Shown: piece after piece, positions 21,191 to 34,528 of the stretch | Numbering within the stretch: the stretch's first letter is position 1 | Layout of the letters: each line of letters begins with the position of its first letter | Source of the DNA: Callorhinchus milii | Taxonomy: Eukaryota | DNA: 64,000 nt | Assembly: GCF_018977255.1 (NCBI RefSeq) | Contig: NW_024704783.1 | Coordinates: 310,001-374,000 of the forward strand | Direction: 5' to 3' | Program-made: the position numbers and the translations under genes | The notes under the pieces: model-generated | The model's input: only the letters and a program-made list of their open reading frames with translations | What the model was told of the DNA's origin: nothing | The model's database searches: none

Positions 21191-22900
21191 TTTGGGCGTC
21201 TCCCACCTGTCTTCCCGCCTCCTCTGCCGCCGGGACACCAACTGTTACCGCCTGGGATCCCTCCACCAGGCCCATCGTGGTAACCGGCGTTGGTTGTCAG
21301 AGATCAGCCACCAGAACCGTTCAGTCGCTCCGTCCCTCCACAGCTATAGCCTCCGAAAGGCAAAAGTCACATCTTCCAAGCTCAGCCATGCCCTCCCAAC
21401 ACAAACGTTTCCTCAAACATGACGGTCATTTCTTCCCCACGAACCCAAATACTCTCCATACCACTCTATACTGCGGCCTCTCCCACCACCACCCAAAAAA
21501 TCATCCGCATTTCTCCACAAAATGTTCGCTCCCTCCATGATAAAGCCTCATTAACCGCGACCCCATCCTGGATGAGAACCTGGATATCGGTCGGCTTAGG
21601 GAAACCTCTCTTTCACCCAGTGTCTCCGGGCGCATTAGTGTAACGTTACCCTCCTGGCTACATCTTCCATAACAAACCCCGCCCTAAGCAACTACGCGAT
21701 GGGTTGACCCTCATTCCTCGAGCTTCCCACCGTCTATTCCATTATTTCAATGACTGCTTCTCTTCAATTGAGCACCTAAACCTCGACCATCCCTCCTTTC
21801 TCTCACTCAAAGTTCTCCATGGGTTACGGCCGCCACCTCAAACCCGTCTCCTTCCTCTTCGATATCTCCGTTATTTCTTCCCCATCGTTCTGCTCTGACC
21901 GCCTGCTCATAATGGGCAACTTCAAACTACACCAAGAGAATCCCCTTGCACAACTTCCTCAGATTTCACTGAACTCCTCTCCTCCCAAAACCACACCCTC
22001 CACATCAACTCGCCGACCCACAAGCGGGGCCATTCCCTAGAGATCGTCATCTCACATGGCATCGACATTTCCATCACGGACAAGGCCATCTCTGACCACG
22101 TTCTCATCCCCTTCAGCTGTCGCATCCCTCTCCCCTCCATCAATAAATCATCCCTGCATTTCTGCCAACGGAAGAAGCTGTCCCTCGCGAACCTCAAAAA
22201 GTACCCTCTCATCCTCAGACCTCCTATATCTCAGGCCCACCAAACACGGCTGCCATGAAGCAGTCATCAAGCTGCTCCATGATCGACTCTCACAGACAAC
22301 GATCGTGACGGTCTCAAGCGACATCCTCTCTGTCTGTGACCATGGCACTCTCTGCCTCCTCGCCCTCCTGAATCTCTCTGCCGCGTTTGAAACAGTGGAT
22401 CACCGCATCCTCCACTACCGCCTGTCCTCCATCATCCACCTCAGTGGGACCGCAATCGCTTGGTTGGATTCACACCTTACAAAGGACAACACTAAATTTC
22501 TGCAAATGGCTTTTCCTCGCGCTTCCACTTGGTCAATTGTGCGGTACGTGAATGATATATCCTTTGGGGGTAGCTCTCTTCCTCATATAGTTACTGCTTC
22601 TCGGTGATATCATCCGCAGACACTTGGTTAACTTCCACATGTATGCGGATGGCACTCAACTTTACGTTTCCATCTCCAGCTGCGACCCGCCAGTCTCCTG
22701 ATGTTGGTCAGCTTGTCTATCGGACATCATGAGCCTGTTCAGCGCAAATTTCCTGCAGTTAACGTCAATCAGGAACAAGCAATACTTTATGGCTCCCGCC
22801 GACACTTACCCATCCTTTGTCAACTTTCGGCTGGAGTGCTCTAACTCCTTCCTCGCCGGTCTCCCCTCCTCACTATCCACAAACCTATTCAAAATTCTAC
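21190..22900 (+). mobile_element. L2 LINE, decayed and internally deleted (APE endonuclease and RT pieces)
   Basis: QNVRSLHDK; PPGYIFH.KPR; IMGNF; TVSSDILSVCDHG...LLNLSAAFETVDHRIL..RL; FHMYADG; TFVNFRLECSNS. Confidence 0.88.
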
Positions 22901-23068
22901 CACTCGCATTCCCACCTGCACCAAACGTTGTACTTGCCACAGAACTCGGATCGACATCAAGATATTCACTCTAAAGTTTAATTTCTTCCAATATTTGGCA
23001 CAATCTATCTCTCTAACATTTCATCACATGTATACAGGGTGGAAGTAAAGTACACGCTTCCATGTGAA

Positions 23069-23140
23069 TCCTCGATAGTATAGTGGTTAGTATCCCCGCC
23101 AGTCACGCGGGAGACCGGGGTTCAATTCCCCGACGGGGAG
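23069..23140 (+). tRNA. tRNA-Asp: tRNA-Asp(GTC), near-intact but with a U33-to-A change and an acceptor-stem mismatch
   Basis: TCCTCGATAGTATAGTGGTTAGTATCCCCGCCAGTCACGCGGGAGACCGGGGTTCAATTCCCCGACGGGGAG. Confidence 0.8.
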
Positions 23141-23649
23141 GTCGTTTTCGTGTTTGTTAACAAATTTGTCCACGTTCTTATAGTTTTGTGTGAATCTGAA
23201 AATATTGGGGTAGAAAGGTCGTTTGGATACAGGTGTCTTTTCTCGCATGAAGCACAAAGTTCATTCCCTTTGCAGAACATTGCTTGAAGCGCTTTTAGAA
23301 TTCTCGGAGATGTGCTAAGATACTGTATCAAGTGAAACATGTATTAATATTCACACGCGCAATAGACAGTTTGAATATTATCCTATGCCAAATGCAATGA
23401 TTATTACAAGTGAGTTTGTTTGGGAAGACACGCACTCTCGATTAACTTTGATGTCCATTCATTGCCACTAACACAATCCAAGTGTTATAGGATTCAGGGA
23501 TACAGGCATTCCGTATACAGGGTGACCAACCCTAATGATAATTATTCTATTATCTATGATAAAAATGTTTATCATTCCTTTAACACTGATTTTACATGGT
23601 AATTGTTTAGCCACATGAACGACGCTGTCACTTTACATATGAATTGATT

Positions 23650-24250
23650 TAGTTTTTTCTAACAGTGTATATATGAGTTTCCAAAAAATTTTTGCAGTTG
23701 GTTGATATTACCGTTTATGTCGTGAAGTCGCGTAGAATAGTTGTACGAATAGTCCCCGTTGCACCGATGACAAAAGAAACATTTGTTTTATATTTCCACC
23801 TACTTATGCATTGATCTCCAAGCTCGATATATTTCCAGATTTCTCCAGCTGCTTATCTTTCACATGGTAATCACTTGGAATATTTACATCAATCATATAC
23901 TGCATGTAAATTCTAATCAATTATTGATACCAATATCTGGTCTGTTATAGCTGATTGACCTGTCTTTATGTAATTTAATGTATCTGTGTCAAATGCGAGG
24001 ATTATTGCATTATTATAATTGTAAACCACAGATTATCGTAAAGTTGTTTAGTTGCATGATTTTCACTGACTGATGTTGATAACAGTTGAACTTTACATCA
24101 ATATCAAATTCTTTACGAATTGTCCAGTGAATATATTTAACTGCATTGTTAAGTTTCATCAGATATTCTGTTTCTATGATTAATGTAACGATAACCATGA
24201 ACATGGTGGCGAAAGTAATAGCATATCCATGTTCGAATGAACACAAGCAA
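23650..24250 (-). mobile_element. R4/Dong-type non-LTR retrotransposon 3' fragment (restriction-like endonuclease domain)
   Basis: Frameshifted motifs TEY.MKLNNAVKYIHW, YQHQSVKIM..NNFTII, DRSISYNRPDI, IDVNIPSD..VKDK.LEKI.KY.EL, W..KT....VIGATGTI and QLQK..LETH. Confidence 0.7.
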
Positions 24251-24610
24251 TAAAACTAGCAACCTTGAGAGGGAAGATTAGTTTCAGTGATAGAATGTTA
24301 GTAAACAAGAATACGGTTCGCAGTCGATTGACGAATCGCTTTTCTGTTGTAATAATCCCTTCAATAATAAAAATAAAAAAAGAATAATAGCAGTGAATTG
24401 GTCACCTTGTTCCACAAGTATTTGTGGGCTGCTACTGCTACTACCTGCTGCTCTTCGGCTACAAAACATCTAGTAAATTCACTTTACTCTATATTCTGTG
24501 AAACGCCTTGAGACGCCTTGAAGACGTGATAAGGTGCTTTAACAAATGCCAGGTTAATTATTATTATTGTTCGCAGCACCACTGCTGCTAGTGTAACTTA
24601 ATTAAAATTG

Positions 24611-24684
24611 TAGCCCGTACGAGGATTGAACCTGCGACCTTGGCGTTATTAGCACCACACGCTCACCCACGAAACTAACCGGCC
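24611..24684 (-). pseudogene. tRNA-Ile(AAT), D-arm degraded
   Basis: GGCCGGTTAGTTTCGTGGGTGAGCGTGTGGTGCTAATAACGCCAAGGTCGCAGGTTCAATCCTCGTACGGGCTA. Confidence 0.75.
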
Positions 24685-25240
24685 TGACTTGCTGAGTGAG
24701 TCACTGGAAGCTCTGATTATTGATATACGGTATGCAAAATTGTGATTGACATATTGTCATGCCTTATCTGCACAACAGACAGAAACGTTATTCAAATAAT
24801 TAACCAATCTGCTGCTTGCAACACAACTTTGAGGCAGAGGTATAATCTCCCAGATATCCACTTGCTCAGAAGAAACCATATACTCAGCATTTCAGTTGAA
24901 GTGTGGTATCAAATCAAATTTGAACTGAATTAATTTATTCTCAAACCAATTCCGGATATTGCCTGAGCTTATTTCCCTGATTTGTGTCTTTAATAAAGGA
25001 TACGATTATCGGCAGTTTTGATTTGAATTAAATAGATCATTTGTTCACAAAATATACAGTCAACTAACTTTAAACTACATAGTGCGAAGAGTTTTGACAC
25101 GTCTCGAAGCCACTGTATGACATGCAAGTATTATTATTATTATTGGTGCTGTGAAGCGCAGCCACGATTGCAGGACATATCTGCCTGTTTATTGTACACA
25201 AGCAAATTTCGGTTCCAATCGGAAAAATAAAATGAAATGC

Positions 25241-25302
25241 TTCCCTGACCGAGAATCGAACCCGGGCCGCGGCGGTGAGAGCGACGAATCCTATCCACTA
25301 GA
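25241..25302 (-). pseudogene. tRNA-Glu(CTC), 5'-truncated
   Basis: TCTAGTGGATAGGATTCGTCGCTCTCACCGCCGCGGCCCGGGTTCGATTCTCGGTCAGGGAA. The first 10 nt are replaced by retroposon-tail sequence. Confidence 0.8.
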
Positions 25303-27395
25303 AAGCAATAATCCTCGCATATAAAAAAAAAGGTCCAAAAGAGAATTGAACCGTCATTGAAATGCAGAGAATCAGAGTGACCAATAAGACTGAGTAAGTT
25401 TCGTTGCTTCTCATCAGCAACAAGAACAAAAGCAAAATTACATTTATAGAGCGCCTTTCACGTCGTGAGGATGTCGCAAACCTCATTTTCTCATAAGAAA
25501 ATGAGAATCTTTGGGGAACATTGAAACGCGTTTTTTTAATTCGTTTATAGGGACGAGAGAAGAAGAGAACAATGAAATTATTAAGAGTAGGAAATGCAGT
25601 TCTTGGAGAGAGAAACATTGATAAGCACTGGCACATTAGGCATCCATCGTAACTCAGGGTTCATCTTCCAGTTGTTCAACCTTTAATTGATAGAGGTGAC
25701 TTCTTGGCGAGAGATATTCAGAGATAAATGGATAGGGCGGGTAATTCGAATTAGAGAAAGAGATCAGCCATATTCTTAATAAATGGCGGTGCAGGCTAAG
25801 AGACCGACAGGATTAGTACTGCTCCTGCGTCCTATGGTCTTATAACAAGATAAACCGAGGATCTGCGCCTGTTCAAGTCGACTGCAAAGACCACATGGCA
25901 CGGTTTGTAAAGACCATGGAGGTTTCCTTGTTAGCTGGCCAAGATGCTCCAAACAAATCAATCAATTACTTCATGGATGTTGGAGCCGAATGGTAACTAC
26001 GTTTTCTTAAGAAATACTTCATGAGAACACTTTACAATGGCGACAATAATAAGCTTTGCATTGAATACAGCCGCTCATTACGTTTCCGAGACGTCTCACA
26101 GAATATAGCGGAGTGTTCCTCATCATTATTTAGTTCAGATTTGTAATAAATTGGTATGTCGATTACATGTTATCGGCAAAACACGGACGCCAATTCGCAC
26201 AATTGTATCCTACACTGATTATTATTTTTATTTGGTATACATTTTTATTGCTGAAAAAGTGATCCACCAACAGATAAATAAACAATCAGGTTCCCACTTA
26301 CATAAACAGGTGTGTCGAGAACGAAACTTACACAACGTTTCGTCCCGCTGGGAATCGGATCCAGTTCTCTCGTTAGCGAGGCGAGTGCTCGAAGCTACAG
26401 AAATCCACGCTAACAACAGCAACAACATTAGTGTAGCGTCTTCCGCGTCAGGAGGACAGTCAGGGATCCGTACTAAGCTGTTAGCTGGGTTTGCAGTAAA
26501 TCACTTGAAAGATTTTTCAAAGCACTCATGGAGGGTGGGGGTGTGGGGCAGGTTGTGGGGAGTTGTGGAGTGCGTTGGGAGAGAGGAAGAGAGCGAAAAT
26601 GACAACACACAGTGCATTGGATGCTTTGCAGCTGCAATAACTGGACATAAACCCGTGGTCAGGATGTGCGAGGCAGATTTTCTAACTCACATCCACTCTC
26701 TTCAAGTTCAATTTTCTTTCCGCAGGAGCACAAAAAGAAGGACAATGAAAAAAAAGCGGAGCAACGTTTATCAAAACTGAACACAATCGATAGCTTCCTG
26801 AAAATGCACACACAGCCCCCAAATAACAATTAATTATAACATAAAAGCTTTAGAAATTAAAACTTGTTCCCATTTTATGATAATAAAAGTAACAAAAACA
26901 ACAATGACATTAATCTGATAAAACAATAATGATGATAATAAGAAAACCATCAAGATACTTATATAATCATAATATAATAACATTAAAAGAAACAATAAGC
27001 ACTTAGGAATGTTAACAGTAATAATAACGATCCCCTTATCTTCGCTCCTCACGCCTCGCCATGATTGATTTTTGCCGCTTCCGCGCCCATTCCTCGCGCA
27101 TGCGACCTTTTCCCCGTTTAACCATCTCTCGGGAGCCCGCCCGCATTAACACCTCGGAGGTCCCATTGGTACTGGCTGCACGTGCACATGAGTAACTCTT
27201 TCCCGTCAATAACGTCAACAGAACCACGACCTGTAGCTCCTCGACCCCATCATTCCCTGCCCATAACTGTTAACTTGCTGTGATCTGGGCTATTCTAAAC
27301 AATGTCCAAAATTATACATTATCATGTTATTAATCATTATTAAATCATATTCCCCCGGCCTAACCACCCCCCACCAACCCACAACGCCTTCGCCC

Positions 27396-27443
<48 letters not shown>

Positions 27444-27844
27444 ATGTATATATATATATATCATCGTCACTCTCGAATGCTCCCTTCCTCCCTCTCTTTC
27501 TTCCTCCATCGCTCCCCCAAACCCTGTTTCCTCAATAACTCAAGGCTCAGACTGATAGTTTTTTAAAAAAACAGAGGCATTAGGGGATATGGGGATAGCG
27601 TAGGTAATTAGAGTTAAGTCACAAGAACAGCCATGATCTTATCGAATGACGGGGCAGGCTCGAGTGGTCGAATAGCCTACTCCTGCTGCTAATTCTTACA
27701 TTCTTATACCTTTCCCTCTCTCTCTCCATAAGAGCAATTCCTTCCCTGCCTCTCTATCCCTCCATCCCCAGGGTACCATCCTCTCAGGGAAGCGCAGGAG
27801 CTGGCAGTTGGGAGGATGCAGCGCGGAGAGCCGGAGAAATAGTG

Positions 27845-28095
27845 GCTGTTACTGCATTGTGTCCTTATTCAGCACCTCCTGTTACTGCACAGACTGACCC
27901 ACGATTCCTGTCACGTAGTGACCCACGGCTCCTGTCATATAGAGACCACGACTTCTGTCACTGCAAGCACATAGTTACACTCGGCTCTAACAACATAGTG
28001 TCCCTCGGCTCCTGTCACATAGAGACCCAGCCTGCTGTCACTGCACATAATGTCATTCGGCTCCAGCCACATAGTGGCTCCCGGCTCCTGTCGCA
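27845..28095. repeat. Degenerate minisatellite, unit about 24 bp
   Basis: Units such as tgacccacgattcctgtcacgtag (27895) and tgacccacggctcctgtcatatag (27919). Confidence 0.75.
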
Positions 28096-28217
28096 CAATG
28101 AACGGTGGCTGGTGGAGATAAAGTGGGGTGAGAGCCATTGAGAAAAATAATGAGCGAGAGAGAGTGTGTGAGTATGAGAGTGTAAATCAGGTGTGTGCGC
28201 GCGCGTGTGTGTGTCTT

Positions 28218-28248
<31 letters not shown>

Positions 28249-28509
28249 CAGATAGAGAGAGAGCACCTGCACAGTGAAACCTACACAGTGAAACCGCAAG
28301 AATAGTTTGTTGTAATGGAATGCAGGTTGTGCATATTCCCGCTAATCCTAATTGCAGAATTATTTCTCATGATTTAGAAATGTTAGCAAAATTGGCAAAG
28401 GAAACTGCACATCAGTCAGGTTGAGAACCCGTCTGTATAAATTATAGAGTTTCTGATTCAAAAAAAATCACGCAGCATCTGGACATTAATAAATTATAAA
28501 AGTTAGCCA

Positions 28510-29250
28510 ATATGGGATTATGAAAGGGCTAACTGCCGAACCAATTTACTAGTTTGTTTTTCTGTGTGACAAACGTACTTAATAAGAAAAGGCAATGGAT
28601 GAGGTAAATACGGATTTCAGCAAGGCCTTTTCTTATAGATTCTCATGAAAGGCTGGTACCTAAAATTAACAAATCGGGAATCAGAAAACCCTTCTTGCAA
28701 GGGGTATGTAATTGCATGACCTATAGAACCCAGAAGAGGTGGTGCTACAGGGAGTGTCATCAGGCTGGGCGCATGTTATCAATGGAGACGCTGAAGGTTC
28801 TGTTGGGACCTCTTTAATTTAACTTGTTCATAAATGATTTCGTCCTGTGAGTCACAAGCACATTTGTTAAATTTGCAGAGGATACACTGATAATGAACGT
28901 GGCAGACTCCAAGGATGAACGGGGCAGGTTATAGGAGGATTTAAACATACTTCGAAATTGGGCAGGTAGTTGGCAGATGAAATCTATTGCAGAAAAAAGC
29001 AAAGTGTTCACATTGGGTCAAAAAGTTCAAGGAAGGGAGGACTATTTATATGGTAAGAAAATAATCTGTATGTAAAATGAAACGGACATGTGAATCCTGA
29101 CTGAAAATAAATTGAATGTATTCAAACAGTGTTCCGTTGCAGTGACTAAGGCAAACCAGATGCTGTGCTCCACTAAAAGAGCAATATTGCGTCGGAATAG
29201 TGGAGTAATAATTCCACGTTACTAAGTACAGATGCATTTGCAGCCGGGAG
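28510..29250 (+). mobile_element. CR1 LINE RT fragment, heavily decayed
   Basis: Remnants of CRTNL, DFSKAF, SVLGPL.FNLFINDF and KFAEDT. Confidence 0.75.
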
Positions 29251-30627
29251 TTTGATAACTACGGAAACCTTTGACCATGATGATGATTATACAAACAAAT
29301 TTAGGTGCAAACCACCTAAATATGGAAAACCCAGAGATAGATTGTTCAAAATTGTGTGCACTCTATTTTGCTTTACGGACGCATTCTGCTTACCTAATTA
29401 TGGATAATATTTTGTTAAGGTTGGCAAGAACCAATGCTTTTGGACCCCAGAATTTGCGTTGCGGCACTGCTGGATACCAAACAACTAAAAACGCATAGCT
29501 TGCCGTTCCTCTGGCTATCCGGCAAGCTTTCCCGCTGCCAATTCAACAGGGACCACCCGACCTGTTGGGGCATTAAGTTTAACAGGAGCTAAGTGAGTTG
29601 TTTCCCTTTCCCCAGTGCCAGGTCTTGTCGGTGAGTCAGGCTGACTGCGCTGTCATCGGCGTGCCCTGTGGCTCAGGAACTCGACGAGACACCATCACTG
29701 GTTCGATAGATTCGGACACTCCATTGCCAGCGATGTCATCACGGATCCAGTTTCGCTCCAAGAGAACGAATTTGCCCCCATCCCCACCCATTTGCAGGAT
29801 CTCAGAATATTATCATTCCAGCTGACACAAGGACAAATTAGGCCGGTAACTTAAGCTAACCTTTTCTCGAGGGAGATCTTTCCAAATGCCGGAATACCAT
29901 TTATTTTGTAAATTGGAAAATACAATGCAATTGAACACCGTTTCAGTTCAACTTTGGTCATTAAATGTTCATTTAGAATGAACACATCATCCATGTAAAA
30001 CATAATATTCATCAATTTCCATGAAGTACTCCATTCCACATATAACTAAATATAAATATAACAATATATTGCTATTGACGAACTGCAGCCAGTTCTTCTT
30101 GTTTAAGCTATGCATAACGGTTTCACCCAAAGCAGACTTATTTTTCGACGTGCTTGAGTCGATTCTTCCTCCCACAACAGCACCAAGTATTTTTTCAAAA
30201 GCAAGTTTAAGAAAGAAAATAAGGAAATCATGGTGGGCCCATGCTATTGTTCCTTTTATAAGTTCATCATAACTCAACATATGGTATTTCATTCCCATTA
30301 TTTACATATGTTCTAAAGATAAATTTTGTATCAATAAATTTGTTTCGGACTTTAATTGGAGGTTAGCAATGCAAGTAGTTATTTACATTTCGTAACATAT
30401 TTTTAATGGAAAGGCTCATGAAAACAAAATCAACCCTTCCTTCACTATGACTAGGGATGTTCATGTTTAAAGTTTCTAAGAGGCAGGAGCAAACATTTTG
30501 GAAATATTTACTACAGTTGGGAGGAAACAGTGAATGAAATCTGCTTATAATGATGGTAGGTTTCCTTGTTAATGTAGATTTCATCAATAATGCTGCAGTT
30601 CAAAAGCGTGTGGTGCCATGTCCTTTC

Positions 30628-31541
30628 TTACCTTCTGTTTATGGCATTTGTCATTAATTTAGCAATAATATGAAATGAATAAACTAACAATTTCTTAAAC
30701 GCTTTTCTGAACTTATTTTGAGTCAACGCATAAATATATGTGTTGGTACAGCAACTCAACCTTTGAAACATGATTCCGGTTTATTGCACGAACAACCGCA
30801 TGCTATTGACACATGTTTCGCTATAATTATAATTGGAAAGTTGCCATTTCAAATAAAATGTAATACTTGATAACCACAGCAGTATAAAACTTCCCGAAAT
30901 GGCAAAGAGTAAAATGATGCATTTTGTGCGGTTTTCCAACTCCGGATCAATTATTTTCGCAGAAATTCCCTGACCTCGAAGCCTCCTTCGGAGTTTACTG
31001 GCCATAAAATGTGTCTGGTAATCAGAGCATTGACAGGCAAAACAAAGCAAATCCAAATATCGGAGCAACAACTCGGTGAAGCTTTTCAAACGCTTCACAG
31101 GTGGCCAATGTATAATAGCTTGATTTGGAGACGCAGTACCATGGAGTACCGTCAATTATAACGTAAGGATCAGCTGTAAAGTACCAGGCAATGCTCAGCC
31201 GAGAACCGATAAAATTACAATAACCACTGTGGCTGTTCTCTCTGTGCAATATATTGGTTTCAACTTTAGGCAGCAAATGGCTACAAATCGACCGAAAGTA
31301 AAAGCAACAGTGAACCATACAGAATTGTGGACAGTTGCAGTTAGCAAAGCACCTTGAACACGACACAGTGGAGTATAGAATTAAAAACTTAATGGGAAAT
31401 ACATATTATTAATTTTGTTCAACAGCACATCAACATAGACGACCAGGAGATCCGCCGATGACATGGCTACCAAGTAGAGAGTGATGCATTTGGAGAGACC
31501 GCACTTTCTGCTTGTCAGGATCACAATCGCCAAAAAATTAA
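30628..31541 (-). pseudogene. GPR139/142-like class A GPCR pseudogene, exon 2
   Basis: Acceptor cttctcacag|TT AAT. Reads NFLAIVILTSRKCGLSKCITLYLVAMSSADLL...FTFGRFVAICC...DPELENRTKCIILLFAISGSFILLW...LSCCTNTYIYALTQNKFR, with at least 2 in-frame stops and about 3 frameshifts. Confidence 0.88.
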
Positions 31542-33277
31542 CTGTGAGAAGTAATGGCAATAGAAAAGATAATTTATGCGAATAAACATTGTTTGGTTAA
31601 AAGTGTAAAGCTGTATCATATTTAATTGCGTTTTCTTCGAATTGTTCCCAAATTGTTCGCACACAACGAACAGTTAGTGCATTTTATACGAAATCCTATT
31701 AGTGCTAAGGGACATGTTCAAAGAATGTAAGGAAGCTCTGACGGAAGGTCATTGACCTGAAACATTAATTGATTTTCCTCTCTCCATATGTGCTGCCTGT
31801 CCTACTGTGTACTTCCAGCAACCTGTTTTTATTTAAAATTATCAGCATCTGAACTATTTGGCCTTTTCCCCATGAAGTTAGCAATGAGTATTGAACAGGG
31901 AAATTATTCATTGCCATACATAGCTTGATGATATATATAAATTTGTGTTGTGTTCTGGCAGCGTTTTCTTTCATTTGTTTCAATTACTTTAAAATTCAGT
32001 TAATATCCCAGAATTCTTCCGGTCTCATTCACGTATGCCAAATATCCTTTAGTAATCCAGTAAGCGATATCAAAGCGCCAAACCGTTTCGGGACAATAAA
32101 AAGGGGGTCGTACAATTCTTTACAACTGCTGATTAGTTGGTCTCATATAGAATGCAGAATCCAGTTATTTTCTGAAGTATGTCATCTTGACTTATTTACG
32201 AGGATCCCTCTACAAAACATTAGCAATAGGAAAATTTTCCTAAGAAAAGATGAGTGTAATATTCAAAGTGAAAAATGCTGATGTTTTAGTTGATCATCTT
32301 AGACTGCATTTTAAAAAAATACTAAGATATTACATGTAAAGCAAGAAAAGGGAATAACAATTTCATAAATATTTGTTATGCATTGTTAGCACGATCCATC
32401 ACTGAAATATGTGGCTAACCCTTCGGTATGTTGAGCAGTATTGCCCATTATTGCTATTGTTGGTTGCAAATCAGAGTCCTATTCTCCGTACACAATAGGG
32501 ATGTAGAAGACCAGAAAACACCAATATCAGGAAAAATACTTTAAAATCCAAGTCACAAGAAATTACTTGAAGTACGAAGCTCTTGTTGCACAGCTTCCAC
32601 AGTAAGCCTCAACGTGGTATTTCACAATGAATCAGCACATCTCCAAATAACCAAACTGTTTGAAAAGCCCCGAAACGTATGTAAATTTTGTGGTCTATTC
32701 AAATGTGTAGAAGGTTACAATAGAATCAGAGAAACATACAACACCGTAGAGTCTATTCGGCGCCTAAAGTCTGCACTAAAGTAGGGAGTCCGTACCTACG
32801 GGACACAAATGCAACGCAGCGACAATGGAATAAAATGTAGGAATGAGAAGGAAATGTTGCACCCATTGAGCTGGTGGAAGTTGCTATTTGAATCCTTATT
32901 TTTTTCCCACTCTTTGAAGAGCACGACACACCTTTATGTTAGGGAAATAGTTACAGAAGGCAAAGGAAGGAATAAAGATTCGTATAGATTACAAACTCTA
33001 GGACGATCTGCTTGATCCGAGTGGAATATTTACGCTTGGTACAAACTTAGTAAATCTTTTTAAATCTTTGATCACATCCGTTTCCACTTGTTTTGCTACA
33101 GTCAGGGTTTATTGACCTGCACTTCCGAGTCTATTTGCTCATCTGAACCATTTATACTCCCAACCCTCTTTCTTACTAAAAAAATAATAAAATGATCTGT
33201 CACATTACAAAATGTTTTCTGCCACCCAATAGAGTTAACTTTTCAAAATGGTAAATCAATGCAACCGAATAAATTAC

Positions 33278-33347
33278 GTGGAATTCCAAATGCTACAAGA
33301 ATGGGGTAGTAAATAGCGATGATTGTAAGCAGCGTTGGAAGTACCAT
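33278..33347 (-). pseudogene. First coding exon (70 nt) of the GPCR pseudogene
   Basis: MVLPTLLTIIAIYYPILVAFGIP with phase-1 donor C|GTAATT. Confidence 0.8.
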
Positions 33348-34528
33348 GCTGTTTGTTACACTACAACATTGTTTTTGCTGAAGGCAGAGGCTTCAATTGA
33401 CAAACTGATGTCACATTGAAAGAAATGTGTACATATATCGAGCACGTATATGCAGCTTGCATCATGGATTAACTCCAATTAGTCCAATTAGTTCCAGAAA
33501 TGTGAACAAACAAGATAATGCGTTTACGTGAAGACTGCACATGCAAAATTTTAATAACATTGTTTTTGTGAAACGGAAAATAAGTATTTAAAAAATCAAG
33601 CCTGGAACAAATCAGTACAGAATGATCGGAACAATATTGTTGAAACATTTGACATAAATTTGAAGAAGAACAAATTTTACTTGCGTCCAGATACAGCCAC
33701 ATGCAGATGCCGTTCATGCACAGAAGTGCAAAGGAGTATTTAAAGTTTAAAAATATATTATATTCCCACACTTGAACATAGAATATTGTGGACCGAGGTG
33801 GGGTGGTTGTCAAAAGGTGGGGAAGGAATGATAAACAAGAGTGTGGTTATGTGGCCAATGAATATTATCTTGAAACTGACCACGAAAAAGTTGAATGAGG
33901 GAGTGAGTTCTGGATTTAAATGCAATAACAGCAATTTGAATTCTTAAAACTTACGATCGATAAAGGCTTCAGTTTACAGTATTCACTGCAGTGATACCAT
34001 CATCTCCTCAAGCTCAGATACTCTCAGCTCGAGCCGCTGGACGCACATTCTTCACATGTGTTTGTCCGGTACTAGCAAAGTGTTCTGGAGTTCCCACATG
34101 ACACAGGATCTAAATTTTCAGCTGTTCTCTCATTTCCCCAGAAGCTTTTGTAAAATACATATATATAATCACGTAAATCTCCTCTGCGGATTTCCAACTC
34201 TCAGCAAATTCCTTCACCAGTTTCACTACTTTACAGCTTCTCTCTATTCACAACTCACTCCATAAGGATCTCTGCTGGAGATTTTCTATGAGTTCTTCAA
34301 TTGGTGCCTATCTCCTCCATGATTCCGTGTGCACTGATTTTAGTCATAGGAATCTTGCAGAATAGTCAAGTGAGTCAATAAGAACCTGTACAATACCAAT
34401 ATACCGCAACAGATACTTATCTCCCTCTTTTAAGTTGTTTACTTACTACAATTATATTTCCAAGTTGGTTTATTTGTTTCAAAATAAAAACGCTGTGAGA
34501 AACATAGCACAACATTCTGCTAAAATTT

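Noticed and set aside
26151-26780. 209-aa ORF
   Set aside because: It is a composite of a decayed SINE head and L2 tail sequence with no protein motif.
29880-30590. RT-like remnant (KGT.AMG and FYMDDVF motifs, Penelope-like)
   Set aside because: The motif spacing of about 80 codons is too long for that family, so I cannot assign it without a search.
32430-32475. Plus-strand sequence resembling a GPCR first exon (YCP.IAIVG)
   Set aside because: It is frameshifted, has no donor, and there is no plus-strand second exon.
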